A DNA stretch of 64,000 nt, from NCBI GenBank assembly GCA_963666835.2, contig CAXXGO010000006.1, positions 544,001-608,000 of the forward strand, written 5' to 3'. Within the stretch, counting starts at the first letter, position 1. The number at the start of each line of letters is the position of its first letter. This document shows positions 9,593 to 18,975 of this stretch, in pieces. A program made the translations under genes and the position numbers. The notes under the pieces are model-generated. The model saw nothing but the letters and a program-made list of their open reading frames with translations, did not search any database and was not told the origin of the DNA. The stretch is from Phycisphaerae bacterium (GTDB lineage Bacteria > Planctomycetota > Phycisphaerae > UBA1845).

Positions 9593-11881
9593 ATGACTAC
9601 TTCCGAGAACAGTTGCCGATGTGGTGACAGCGCGTGCAACGTGGGATCCGAACAACCGCCGCGCCGATCTCGGTTCGGACCGTGGCGGGCCGCGGTGTTG
9701 TCGCTGGTCATCTTGCTCATCCTGGTTCACATGGGGCACTTCCTGATCGCCGGTTGGACCTTAACGGTCTTCGACCCGGCGGAGCTGATGAGCTTCCTCG
9801 AAATGGGGCTGATCAACGTCGGGGTCGTCTTCACGGTTGTCCTGATCATCGTAAGCCTGCTCTTCGGACGGTTCTTCTGCGGTTGGGCATGCCACATCAT
9901 GGCCTTCGAGGACGCCACCGCGTGGCTGCTTCGCAAGATTGGTATCACCGTCAAGCCCTTTAGATCACGACTCCTTTGGATCGCGCCGTTTATCGTGATG
10001 ATCTACATGTACGTGTGGCCGCAGGTAGTCCGATTGTGGAAAGGCGAGGGCTTCCCCGCGATCTACACTGAATGGACCACGACGGCGGTATGGGCGGCCA
10101 ACCCCGGCTGGATTGTCTCGGTACTGACACTTCTGACGTGCAGCATTCTCATCGTCTACATCCTGGGCTCGCGCGGGTTCTGTGCCTATGCCTGTCCGTA
10201 CGGGGCGGGCTTCAGCCTGCTGCAGAGGGTGGCTCCGTGGCGGGTGCGGCTTACCGGCGATTGCCACGAGTGCGGACATTGCACGGCGGCCTGCCCGTCG
10301 GACATACGAGTGCACGAGGAGATTCGCGAGCACGGTCAGGTGGTGAGCGGATCATGTGTGCGGGGTCTGACTTGTGTTGGCGTTTGCCCCAACGATGCGA
10401 TCACCCTGAGTGCCGGAGTTCCGAACGTCTTGGGCCGATCTTCGTCGCCGGCAGTTCCGCGGGAGCGCGTTTCGTACGATTACTCCTGGGGTGAAGAGCT
10501 TCTGCTCGCCTTAGCGTTTTGCGGGAGCCTGTTCGCCCTTCGCTCGCACGCCAAGGGCGGTCTATACGATCAAGTCCCGTTTCTGATGGCTCTGGGCTGC
10601 GCGGCGATCTCCGCGGTGATGGCGGTCAAGCTCCTCCGGTTGCTCTACCGCCGCGATGAGGGCGTTCAGAATCTTCGACTCAAGGTCGCCGGCCGGATGA
10701 AGGCGGCCGGGTGGGGCTATGCGGTCTGCGCCGCGGCTGTGGTCATCTTCATGGTACACAGCGGAATGTGGCAGTACCACCGATTGCAGGGCGAGCGTCA
10801 CTTCGCTGCGGTTCCGTGGGACGCGGTCGAGACTTTCGACTCGGAAGCGATAGCCGAAGATGTTGAGAGCGGTATTGCTCATTTCGAGTTCTGCGATCGC
10901 TGGGGCTTGGTTCCGACCTCGCTGGTCAACCTGAAGCTGGCCGGTCTGTACACCTGGGCGGGCCGCCCGGAAGACGCCGAACGGCAGTACGCCCGCGCTA
11001 TGGAGCTTGCCCCCGAAAGCGCTGAGGCGCGATATCACTTCGCCGGCCTGCGGTTAGAGCAGCGGCGTTTCGCCGAAGCGGAGGGACTGCTGCGTGAAGC
11101 GGTTGCCCTGCGACCCGATTTCGCGGAAGCGCATCTGAGGCTCAGCGAGACGCTATACGGACTAGGGGCCGGTGAAGAGGCCGCCGAGGCCTTTGCGGAG
11201 GCGGCTCGTTTTTCCCCGGACGATCCCGCGTTCCGTTTCAAGCTCGGTCTGGTGCTGATGACGCGGGGCGATATGCCCGGCGCCACCGTTGAAATGCAGA
11301 CGGTGGTGGATCTCGACCCCAACCACGCGGGAGCGCACGGCAACCTCGGGCTGCTGTTGATGGGACAAGGGCGCGTCACTGAAGCTCTGGAGCAATACCA
11401 GGCCGCGGTGCAAGCCGCTCCGGATTCCCCGATGGTGCGGTACAACTACGGCAAGGCTCTCGCCGGCGTTAACCGGCTGCCCGAAGCCCTGACCCAGTTC
11501 GAGCAGGCTATTGCCGCCCTTCCCGATTTCGCTGAAGCCCTGCACGATTGCGGCTCCGTGCTGTTTGCGATGGGTCGGGTCGAGGAGGCCGCGGAGCGTT
11601 TCCGCGAGGCTCTGAACATCAATGCCGAAGCTCCGCACACTCACAATGCTCTGGGCTTCGCCCTGACCACCCTGGGGCAGCGGGAAGAGGCGATCGATCA
11701 TTTCCGACAGGCCGTGCGAATCTACCCGGACTTCGCGGAGGCGCATTTTCACCTGTCGGTAGCTCTTCTGCGCGAGAACGACCGAGAGGCCGCCCAAGAG
11801 AGTCTCGCCCAAGCGCACCGGATCGAGCCGATGTACCCGGGGTCGCTCACCGAACTAACCGCCCGGCTATCCGGCGAGTAA
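9593..11881 (+). CDS. Membrane 4Fe-4S binding protein (NapH/FixG-like) fused to C-terminal TPR array
   Basis: GRFFCGWAC, FCAYACPYG, CHECGHCTAACP, CVRGLTCVGVCP, several TM helices, then about 10 TPR units (AEAHxxLG...ALxxxP). Start placed at ATG 9593. Confidence 0.85.
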   Translation: MTTSENSCRCGDSACNVGSEQPPRRSRFGPWRAAVLSLVILLILVHMGHFLIAGWTLTVFDPAELMSFLEMGLINVGVVFTVVLIIVSLLFGRFFCGWACHIMAFEDATAWLLRKIGITVKPFRSRLLWIAPFIVMIYMYVWPQVVRLWKGEGFPAIYTEWTTTAVWAANPGWIVSVLTLLTCSILIVYILGSRGFCAYACPYGAGFSLLQRVAPWRVRLTGDCHECGHCTAACPSDIRVHEEIREHGQVVSGSCVRGLTCVGVCPNDAITLSAGVPNVLGRSSSPAVPRERVSYDYSWGEELLLALAFCGSLFALRSHAKGGLYDQVPFLMALGCAAISAVMAVKLLRLLYRRDEGVQNLRLKVAGRMKAAGWGYAVCAAAVVIFMVHSGMWQYHRLQGERHFAAVPWDAVETFDSEAIAEDVESGIAHFEFCDRWGLVPTSLVNLKLAGLYTWAGRPEDAERQYARAMELAPESAEARYHFAGLRLEQRRFAEAEGLLREAVALRPDFAEAHLRLSETLYGLGAGEEAAEAFAEAARFSPDDPAFRFKLGLVLMTRGDMPGATVEMQTVVDLDPNHAGAHGNLGLLLMGQGRVTEALEQYQAAVQAAPDSPMVRYNYGKALAGVNRLPEALTQFEQAIAALPDFAEALHDCGSVLFAMGRVEEAAERFREALNINAEAPHTHNALGFALTTLGQREEAIDHFRQAVRIYPDFAEAHFHLSVALLRENDREAAQESLAQAHRIEPMYPGSLTELTARLSGE

Positions 11882-12377
11882 GTTTTCGGCGAGGGACCAT
11901 GTCGGGAATAGACCGTGAGGAACGGTTGTAAGGAGATGCGAGGGTGCCCCATCCATCCCGGCGTTTGCGGGGCTGGGACGGTGGTGCCGACTCGCCGCCG
12001 GGATGGGTGGGGGGAAAGCGCCGGTAAGCCGGTGAGGAGTAGTGGATGAGAGAGCCATACGGTGAAGGAATAGCGAACCACACCGACCCCGAGTCATACT
12101 GTGGTGTCCGCAAGGGCATGGCGGGAGCGTTGACAGGGGCACGTGCGGGCCGGCCATTGAGCCGTGAAAGCCTTTTACTCCGGAGTGCCGACGCCGTCCC
12201 CCAAGGCGGAAGGCAACACCGGAGGGCGTCGTTAACGCGAGACGCCTTTCGGACTCCGCGCGGTCTTAGAACCCGAGCACGCACGGAAACTCCTCACGCG
12301 GAACCCGGGAGATCCCGCGTTCGGCCTCGAACATGGCATCGAGGTCCGCAGTGTGAATCCATAGGAGCACGACACTG

Positions 12378-13883
12378 ATGCACGGGCGCGGGAAGTCGGA
12401 CAGGCCCATAGTACCGAAGAAGACTGCGAACAACGGTGATCCCCCGGCGGGGAGGTCGTCCGCGGAGCAGTTGGAGGAAAGGGGCCTGGCCAAGGGCAAC
12501 TCGATTCGACACGACAGGCACCGTACGCAGAGCCGGGATCGTCTGCAAAGCGGGTTGGATCGGGTACGACAGGCAGCGGTAAAGGATAAGGATTTACAGT
12601 TCACCACGCTTTGGCACCATGTCTATGATGTCGCTCGCCTCCGGGAGGCGTACTTGAGCCTCAAGCATGCTTCGGCACCGGGGATGGACGGCATGACATG
12701 GGAGGCGTACGGCAGGGACCTAGAAGAACACCTCTTGGATCTGTCGGCACGTCTACAGCGCGGAGCGTACCGAGCGAGGCCGGTCAAGCGGGTCTACATT
12801 CCGAAACCCGATGGACGGCAGAGACCAATAGGGATTCCCGTGTTGGAAGACAAGATCGTCCAACGGGCGATGACCGATGTGCTCTCGGCTGTCTACGAGG
12901 CAGACTTCCTCGGGTTCTCCTACGGATTTCGACCAGGACGGGACGCCCATCAGGCGTTAAGTGCCCTGACTGTCGGCATCGAGAGGAAGAAGGTGAATTG
13001 GGTGCTGGATGCAGACATTCGTGGATTCTTCGATGCCATAGACCACGATTGGCTGATCAAGTTCGTCGAGCACCGGATCGCAGACCAGCGTGTCGTGCGT
13101 CACGTGAAGAAGTGGCTGAACGCCGGCGTGCTGGAGGACGGGTGTCGAAGGGACACGGAGACGGGGACGCCGCAGGGGGGCAGTATCAGCCCGCTATTGG
13201 CGAACATCTATCTCCATTACGCCTTCGACTTGTGGGCCCGCCAATGGCGACGGACGCAAGCTCACGGAGATGTGATTATCGTGAGATATGCGGACGACTT
13301 CGTGGTGGGATTTCAACAGCGAGAGGATGCCGAGCGGTTTCGGGATGAGCTGACGGATCGCCTCCGGAAGTTCAAGCTGGAGCTACATGCGGACAAGACT
13401 CGTCTGATTGAGTTCGGCCGTTTTGCGTCGACCAATCGCAAGCGAGAAGGCCGCGGCAAACCGGCGACCTTCGAGTTTCTGGGTTTTCGCCACATCTGTG
13501 GCAAGACCCGGCGTGGGAGGTTCACGGTACTACGGCAGACTGTCGCGAAACGACGGCGTGCGAAGCTCAAAGCGATTAAGCAAGAGCTTCGGCGACGTAT
13601 GCATGCCCCCGTCCGAGAGGTGGGCGCGTATTTGCGGGCGGTGGTTCGCGGGTACTATCAGTATTATGCGGTACCGCGGAACTACCCGGCCTTAACGGCA
13701 TTTCGGGATGAGGTTGTCCGTCTTTGGCGCTGGACGCTCCGGCGTCGCAGCGAGAAGACTCGGATTACCTGGGCCCGCATGAACCGTTTGGCCAAGCAGT
13801 GGATACCTGCTCCCAAAATCCTACATCCTTACCCCGACCGACACCTGGCCGTTATGACCCAAGGCAGGAGCCCAGTGCGGTAG
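12378..13883 (+). CDS. ltrA: Group II intron reverse transcriptase/maturase (no endonuclease domain)
   Basis: APGMDG, RVYIPKPDGRQRPIGIP, FSYGFRPGR, DADIRGFFD, GTPQGGSISPLLANIYL, YADD, FEFLGF, then maturase X domain. Confidence 0.95.
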   Translation: MHGRGKSDRPIVPKKTANNGDPPAGRSSAEQLEERGLAKGNSIRHDRHRTQSRDRLQSGLDRVRQAAVKDKDLQFTTLWHHVYDVARLREAYLSLKHASAPGMDGMTWEAYGRDLEEHLLDLSARLQRGAYRARPVKRVYIPKPDGRQRPIGIPVLEDKIVQRAMTDVLSAVYEADFLGFSYGFRPGRDAHQALSALTVGIERKKVNWVLDADIRGFFDAIDHDWLIKFVEHRIADQRVVRHVKKWLNAGVLEDGCRRDTETGTPQGGSISPLLANIYLHYAFDLWARQWRRTQAHGDVIIVRYADDFVVGFQQREDAERFRDELTDRLRKFKLELHADKTRLIEFGRFASTNRKREGRGKPATFEFLGFRHICGKTRRGRFTVLRQTVAKRRRAKLKAIKQELRRRMHAPVREVGAYLRAVVRGYYQYYAVPRNYPALTAFRDEVVRLWRWTLRRRSEKTRITWARMNRLAKQWIPAPKILHPYPDRHLAVMTQGRSPVR

Positions 13884-13940
13884 TCCCGCACGCTGGGATC
13901 TGTGGAGGGGGTCCCGGGTAACCGGGATTCCTACTCCGAC
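13868..13940 (+). ncRNA. Group II intron catalytic domains V and VI
   Basis: GAGCCCAGTGCGGTAGTCCCGCACGCTGGGATC (AGC triad, AC bulge), then DVI stem with bulged A and terminal AC. Confidence 0.9.
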
Positions 13941-14138
13941 ACGGACGAGGATTCGAGAGGGACTCGCGTTTCAATCAGTCCCCCACCCTTCGCCTGGAGC
14001 ATGGTACAAATGATGTAACGGCATCGATATAGGGACGTGATGCTTGCTAGGGAACAACACAGGGCGAAGGATGGGGCACCCGCGCGTTATCCAGTTGGGA
14101 AAATCTCAAGGGCACACAACTAACGGAGGTCGGGCGAA

Positions 14139-14666
14139 ATGGCTGAGAATTACCGGCGAGTTTGCGGCTGTTTAATGGCGTGCGTGGGTTTCTCCACATG
14201 TGGGTGTTTCTTTGCTTCCTACCCCGACGTGTATGATGCTTCCGACTTCGAGGAATTCGAGTTTCGCATAGAGACTGATCCGCCATGTCTGGAGGGCACC
14301 CCTCGGTCCGGCTACTCCCCACTCTGTGAAGCCACGATCAAGCGCGACGCAAGTGGTGGATATGTAGTTGTGTTGGGGGTTCAGACCGAAGAGCAATCCG
14401 ACTCGTCCTACTTACCGGAGCGCGCCCTGACAGAGCAAGAGGCGGAATACATGCTTGCGCTGTTTGACGAGCTACATATCAACCTACATCCTCAGCCGTT
14501 CTGTACGATTCCAAGACTTGGTTCCATGTCGGGCGAGACTGTCTTTCGGTGGGATGATTTTGAGCTGGTTGAGGAGGACTGCGATCGTGCGCGACTGGAC
14601 TGGGGAGACGCTCGCGATATCCACTACTTTCTGTCCAGTCTCCAACCTGATTGGGGTTGCGGGTAG
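14139..14666 (+). CDS. Hypothetical exported or lipoprotein-like protein
   Basis: RBS GGAGG, Cys-containing hydrophobic N-terminus, acidic 175-aa ORF between two REP elements. No recognised family. Confidence 0.6.
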   Translation: MAENYRRVCGCLMACVGFSTCGCFFASYPDVYDASDFEEFEFRIETDPPCLEGTPRSGYSPLCEATIKRDASGGYVVVLGVQTEEQSDSSYLPERALTEQEAEYMLALFDELHINLHPQPFCTIPRLGSMSGETVFRWDDFELVEEDCDRARLDWGDARDIHYFLSSLQPDWGCG

Positions 14667-14781
14667 GCGGAGGGGGTCGTTGCTGCGCAGGTTGAAACGG
14701 ATTAGGACTTCTTGCGGCAGGCCAGAGTATAAGCGAGCCGCCGGTGCCATCCATCCCGGCGTTTGCCGGGCTGGCGCACGT

Positions 14782-14994
14782 GGGTGCCCCATCCATCCCG
14801 GCGTCTGCCGGGCTGGGACGGTGGTACCCGCTCGCCGCCGGGATGGGTGGGGGACGGACGAGGATTCGAGAGGGACTCGCGTTTCAATCAGTCCCCCACC
14901 CTTCGCCCGGACCATCGTACCAATGATGTACCGGCGTTAGTATTGGGGATTGATGAATATTGTGGCATAACAAAGGGCGAAGAATGGGGCACCC
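14782..14994. repeat. 213-bp REP-doublet element, copy B (intact, empty intron target)
   Basis: GGGTGCCCCATCC-hairpin-GGGTGGGGG|ACGGACG...CCCACCCTTCGCC...GGCGAAGAATGGGGCACCC. Extra partial arms near 14746-14774 and 14996-15014. Confidence 0.85.
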
Positions 14995-15044
14995 GCGCGA
15001 AGGATGGGGCACCCCCTTCGACGTCGGAATGCGAGGAACCAGCG

Positions 15045-15848
15045 ATGGGTTATGATCTGAAAGACCGCGTTGTGTTGATTACCGGGGCGTCCGGTGGTAT
15101 TGGGCGGGCGTGTGCGGTTGAGTATCACCGGGCGGGTGCGCGGGTGGTGGCCACGGCGCGGTCGCTCGATAAGCTCGAAGCCCTGGCCGCCGAGATCGGC
15201 GGCGACCGCATCGCAGCTTTTCCTTTGGACGTTACCAAGCCGGCCGAGCGCGAGGCGGCCGTGCGGTTCGTCGAAGAGCGGTTCGGCCCAGTCGAGGTCC
15301 TGGTCAACAATGCGGGGTGGGCGAGTTTCAGCTCGGTAGCATGCACGCCGCCGGAGCACATCGAACAGATGGTCCAACTCAACTTCGTCGGCCCGATCGC
15401 GCTAACCCAAATGGTGCTGCCCCGGATGCTCTCACGTCGAAGCGGCCAGATCGTCAACATCTCGTCGGTGGTGGGGAACCAGACCATTCCACGGATGAGC
15501 ATATACAGTGCCACCAAAGCGGCATTAACGTCTCTGAGTACCGGGTTGCGGATGGAATTACGCGGCAGCGGGGTGGACGTAATCAACGTGGCCCCGGGCT
15601 CAACCAATACCGATTTCTTCGACGCGGCCGGCAACGTAAATGTCAAGGCGGTCCGGTTCGCACGTTCGCAATACACGCCGCAGCGCGTTGCCCGCGCGGT
15701 GGTCAGCTCCTCACGCCGCCGCCGGCGCGAGGTGACGCTAACCGCCGAGGGCAAGACCATCTCCGCGATCCGCCGCGTTTCGCACCGGCTGGCCGACCTG
15801 ATCATGTATCACACGGCCAAGCACGCGATGCCGCCGGATAAGAGCTAG
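15045..15848 (+). CDS. SDR family NAD(P)-dependent oxidoreductase
   Basis: TGASGGIG, LVNNAG, NISS, YSATK. Start moved to MGYDLKDRVV with GAGG RBS. Confidence 0.92.
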   Translation: MGYDLKDRVVLITGASGGIGRACAVEYHRAGARVVATARSLDKLEALAAEIGGDRIAAFPLDVTKPAEREAAVRFVEERFGPVEVLVNNAGWASFSSVACTPPEHIEQMVQLNFVGPIALTQMVLPRMLSRRSGQIVNISSVVGNQTIPRMSIYSATKAALTSLSTGLRMELRGSGVDVINVAPGSTNTDFFDAAGNVNVKAVRFARSQYTPQRVARAVVSSSRRRRREVTLTAEGKTISAIRRVSHRLADLIMYHTAKHAMPPDKS

Positions 15849-15936
15849 GGCCGCACCCGGTTTGTCGGCACAGCGCGTGTCAACTACAATCCCGCTCGGG
15901 AGTGCCAACGGCAAGCCGAACAGCGGCCGGTAAGCG

Positions 15937-17367
15937 ATGATGAACCGAAAAACCGTCTACCTCGAGACCATGGGCTGCCAGATGAACGTGCTCGACAGCG
16001 AGCTCGTTATGGGACTGCTGCGCAAAGCCGATTACGAAGCGACCGACGACATGACCACCGCCGACTTGGTGCTGCTCAACACGTGCAGTGTGCGCGATCA
16101 CGCGGAGCAGAAAGCCTTTTCTCGCTTGGGCAGTCTGCGCCGGCCCAAGCTCGCCAAGCCGGACATGGTCATCGGGGTTATCGGATGTATGGGTGAGCGC
16201 GATCCCGACGGGATCTTCGAGAAGATGCCGCATGTGAATCTGGTGTGCGGGCCGGCCGAGCTGAACAAGCTGCCGGCCATGATCGAAGAGGCCCGCACCG
16301 GGGGCAAACGGCTGATAGCCCTGTCGCAGGCATGGTCGCGTAAGAGTACCCCGCTGCAGCGGGCTTTGGAGTTCGACTCGGTGGAGGCGCTCGATCAGTC
16401 GCGGGCCCCCGCTTTGCCGGATAGGGTGAGTCAGTCTTATGTTCGCGTTCAACGCGGGTGCGACAAGTTCTGCTCGTTTTGCGTGGTCCCGTATACCCGA
16501 GGTCCGGAGCGGAGCCGCCCGCCGCAGCAGATCATCGATGAGGTGAAGTCCCTGGCCGATCATGGTGCCAAAGAAGTGACGCTTCTGGGGCAGACTGTCA
16601 ATAGCTACGTGCATCAGGAGAGCGGGCGTCCGGTTCGGTTCGCGGAACTGCTGGCCCGGGTCAGCGAGGTGTGGGGCATTGAGCGGGTTCGGTTTGTCAC
16701 CAGCTATCCGGGTGATTTCACGGACGACATTCTCGAAGCGATGCGTGATCTCCCCAACGTGTGCGAGTATTTGCACCTTCCGGTGCAGAGCGGCAGTGAC
16801 GCGGTGCTCAAACGCATGCACCGCCAATATACCGTTGGTGAATACGACGATCTGATCGCTCGTGCGAGGCAGTATGTGCCGAACATCACCATTGCCAGCG
16901 ATTTCATCGTCGGCTTCTGCGACGAGACGGATGAGGAGCATGACGCCTCCGTGGCACTTATCGAGCGGTCGCGTTTCAAGAACATCTTCGTGTTCAAGTA
17001 TTCGGAACGACCCGGTACGGTGGCCGGCCGGCGGATTCCGGACAACGTCCCGGACGAGGTGAAGAGGCGGCGCAATGTGGAGCTTCTTGCGGTTCAGGAA
17101 CGAATCTCCGCCGCCCACAATCAGACCCTGATCGGCGACACGGTGGAGGTACTTGTCGAGGGTTTCAGCAAGGCGGCGATGAAAGCCCAGGAGGCGGAAC
17201 AGTCGCGTGGCGCGGAGATCGGCTGGCGCCAATCCGACCAGCTAATCGGCCGCACGCGCGGTGATCAGATCGTTGTCTTCCCCGGCGCGACCAACCACAT
17301 CGGCAGTCTCGCAACCGTTCTGATCACCGATGCCACCGCCCTGACCCTCCACGGCACTTTGCAGTAA
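15937..17367 (+). CDS. miaB: tRNA-2-methylthio-N6-dimethylallyladenosine synthase MiaB
   Basis: ETMGCQMN, NTCSVR, radical-SAM GCDKFCSFCVVP, LLGQTVNSY, HLPVQSGS, C-terminal TRAM-like domain. Confidence 0.93.
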   Translation: MMNRKTVYLETMGCQMNVLDSELVMGLLRKADYEATDDMTTADLVLLNTCSVRDHAEQKAFSRLGSLRRPKLAKPDMVIGVIGCMGERDPDGIFEKMPHVNLVCGPAELNKLPAMIEEARTGGKRLIALSQAWSRKSTPLQRALEFDSVEALDQSRAPALPDRVSQSYVRVQRGCDKFCSFCVVPYTRGPERSRPPQQIIDEVKSLADHGAKEVTLLGQTVNSYVHQESGRPVRFAELLARVSEVWGIERVRFVTSYPGDFTDDILEAMRDLPNVCEYLHLPVQSGSDAVLKRMHRQYTVGEYDDLIARARQYVPNITIASDFIVGFCDETDEEHDASVALIERSRFKNIFVFKYSERPGTVAGRRIPDNVPDEVKRRRNVELLAVQERISAAHNQTLIGDTVEVLVEGFSKAAMKAQEAEQSRGAEIGWRQSDQLIGRTRGDQIVVFPGATNHIGSLATVLITDATALTLHGTLQ

Positions 17368-17495
17368 AAAGGGGTCGGGAGTCTTTTTTGGGGCATTTGC
17401 CGGCGGTGGGGACTTCTGTTGACGCCGCGAAGACGTTTGATAAGGCTCCGCAACGAGAAACGTGCCCAAAAAAGACTCCCGACCCCTTTTTACTG
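17362..17495. repeat. REP-like doublet (31-bp perfect inverted repeats)
   Basis: CAGTAAAAAGGGGTCGGGAGTCTTTTTTGGG (17362-17392) and its reverse complement (17465-17495). Overlaps the miaB stop. Confidence 0.85.
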
Positions 17496-17628
17496 TTGAC
17501 GCTGGCGGGGCCGGTGAGTACGATCCCGGCCCTATTCCGTTCGATTCGGGGGGTAGCTTGGCAGAGCGCCGCTCCGACGAGTTCAGTTGCAAACGTCTCT
17601 TGGTCCCGGCATGAAAGGGCCCAGCATT

Positions 17629-18933
17629 ATGTTCAAAGACCTCACGCCGCCATCGGACGGCTCCCGCATCACCATGACCGCCCAAGGTCTCGACGTCCCC
17701 AACCGGCCAATCCTCCCGTTCATCGAGGGGGACGGGACCGGACGCGACATCTGGCGGTCGGCCGTGGCGGTTCTCGACGCCGCCGTGAAACTGGCCTACG
17801 GAAACGAACGCAGCGTAGCCTGGTTCGAGGTCTTCGCCGGACAGAAATCATACGACCGCTTCGGTACCTGGCTGCCGGATGACACAGTACAGGCATTTCG
17901 GGACTATCTGGTCGGAATCAAAGGGCCGTTAACCACCCCCGTCGGCGGCGGGATTCGGTCTTTGAATGTGGCCCTGCGGCAGATGCTCGACCTGTACGTC
18001 TGTCTGCGCCCGGTACGCTACTTCACCGGCGTACCTTCCCCGGTGCGCCGTCCGGAACTCGTGGATATGGTCATCTTCCGCGAGAACACCGAGGACATCT
18101 ACTCCGGCATCGAATGGGCTGCGGAAACGCCCGATGCCAGGAAGGTCATCGCGTTCCTGCAAGATGCCATGGGCGTAGACAGAATCCGCTTCCCCGAGAC
18201 GAGCGCAATCGGGATCAAGCCGGTCAGCAGGGAAGGCAGCAAACGCCTGATCCGCGCGGCTATTAACTACGCCATCGCCAACAACCGCAGAAGCGTAACC
18301 CTCATGCACAAAGGCAATATCATGAAGTTCACCGAGGGGGCCTTCCGCGATTGGGGTTATGAACTGGCCGAAGGGGAGTTCGCCGAGCGAACCTACACCT
18401 GGCTGCACTGGGAGCGAACCAGGCAAGACCAGGGCGAAGAGGCCGCCAACACCGAACAAGAGCAAGCCCTCGCCGCCGGCCGGGTCCTCATCAAAGACGC
18501 CATCGCCGATATAACCCTGCAACAGGTGCTCACCCGCCCCAGTGAGTTCGACGTGATCGCGACCTTGAACCTCAACGGCGACTACGTCTCCGATGCTCTG
18601 GCCGCTCAGGTCGGCGGGATCGGCATCGCCCCCGGCGGGAACATCAACTACGACACGGGCCACGCCATCTTCGAAGCCACCCACGGCACCGCTCCCAAAT
18701 ATGCCGACCTGGACAAGGTCAACCCCGGCAGCGTGATCCTGTCGGGCGAGCTGATGTTTCGCTATCTGGGCTGGACCGAAGCAGCCGACCTGATCATCAA
18801 GGGCATGGACGGAGCCATCGGCGCCCGCGAAGTCACCTACGATTTCGAGCGCCTCATGCGCGCCGAAGGCATAAGCGCTACCCTGCTCAAATGCAGTGAG
18901 TTCGGTCAGGCGGTTATCAAGCACATGAGCTGA
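17629..18933 (+). CDS. icd: NADP-dependent isocitrate dehydrogenase
   Basis: [69 protein letters not shown]. Confidence 0.97.
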   Translation: MFKDLTPPSDGSRITMTAQGLDVPNRPILPFIEGDGTGRDIWRSAVAVLDAAVKLAYGNERSVAWFEVFAGQKSYDRFGTWLPDDTVQAFRDYLVGIKGPLTTPVGGGIRSLNVALRQMLDLYVCLRPVRYFTGVPSPVRRPELVDMVIFRENTEDIYSGIEWAAETPDARKVIAFLQDAMGVDRIRFPETSAIGIKPVSREGSKRLIRAAINYAIANNRRSVTLMHKGNIMKFTEGAFRDWGYELAEGEFAERTYTWLHWERTRQDQGEEAANTEQEQALAAGRVLIKDAIADITLQQVLTRPSEFDVIATLNLNGDYVSDALAAQVGGIGIAPGGNINYDTGHAIFEATHGTAPKYADLDKVNPGSVILSGELMFRYLGWTEAADLIIKGMDGAIGAREVTYDFERLMRAEGISATLLKCSEFGQAVIKHMS

Positions 18934-18975
18934 ATAACATCCGGTAGAGACGCCCCTCGCTGCGGCAATGCCCGG

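Larger units (their letters stand above)
12014..13940 (+). mobile_element. Group II intron (1927 bp), lacking the canonical GUGYG 5' end
   Basis: Boundaries from comparison with the empty site at 14853/14854. Domain-I-like RNA motifs, RT/maturase ORF, DV and DVI ending ...CTACTCCGAC. Confidence 0.92.
11942..14081. repeat. 213-bp REP-doublet element, copy A (interrupted by group II intron)
   Basis: Ends GGGTGCCCCATCC...GGATGGGGCACCC. 72 bp (11942-12013) + 141 bp (13941-14081) is colinear with intact copy B. Confidence 0.85.

Noticed and set aside
12378..13883. RT as DGR, retron or defence RT
   Set aside because: It has a maturase domain and flanking intron DI, DV and DVI. No TR/VR pair with adenine-specific differences was seen.
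14763..15044. N-terminal extensions of the SDR ORF (likewise gltX 20736-20843 and 43729-44139)
   Set aside because: They translate repeats or intergenic DNA; better RBS-linked starts lie downstream.
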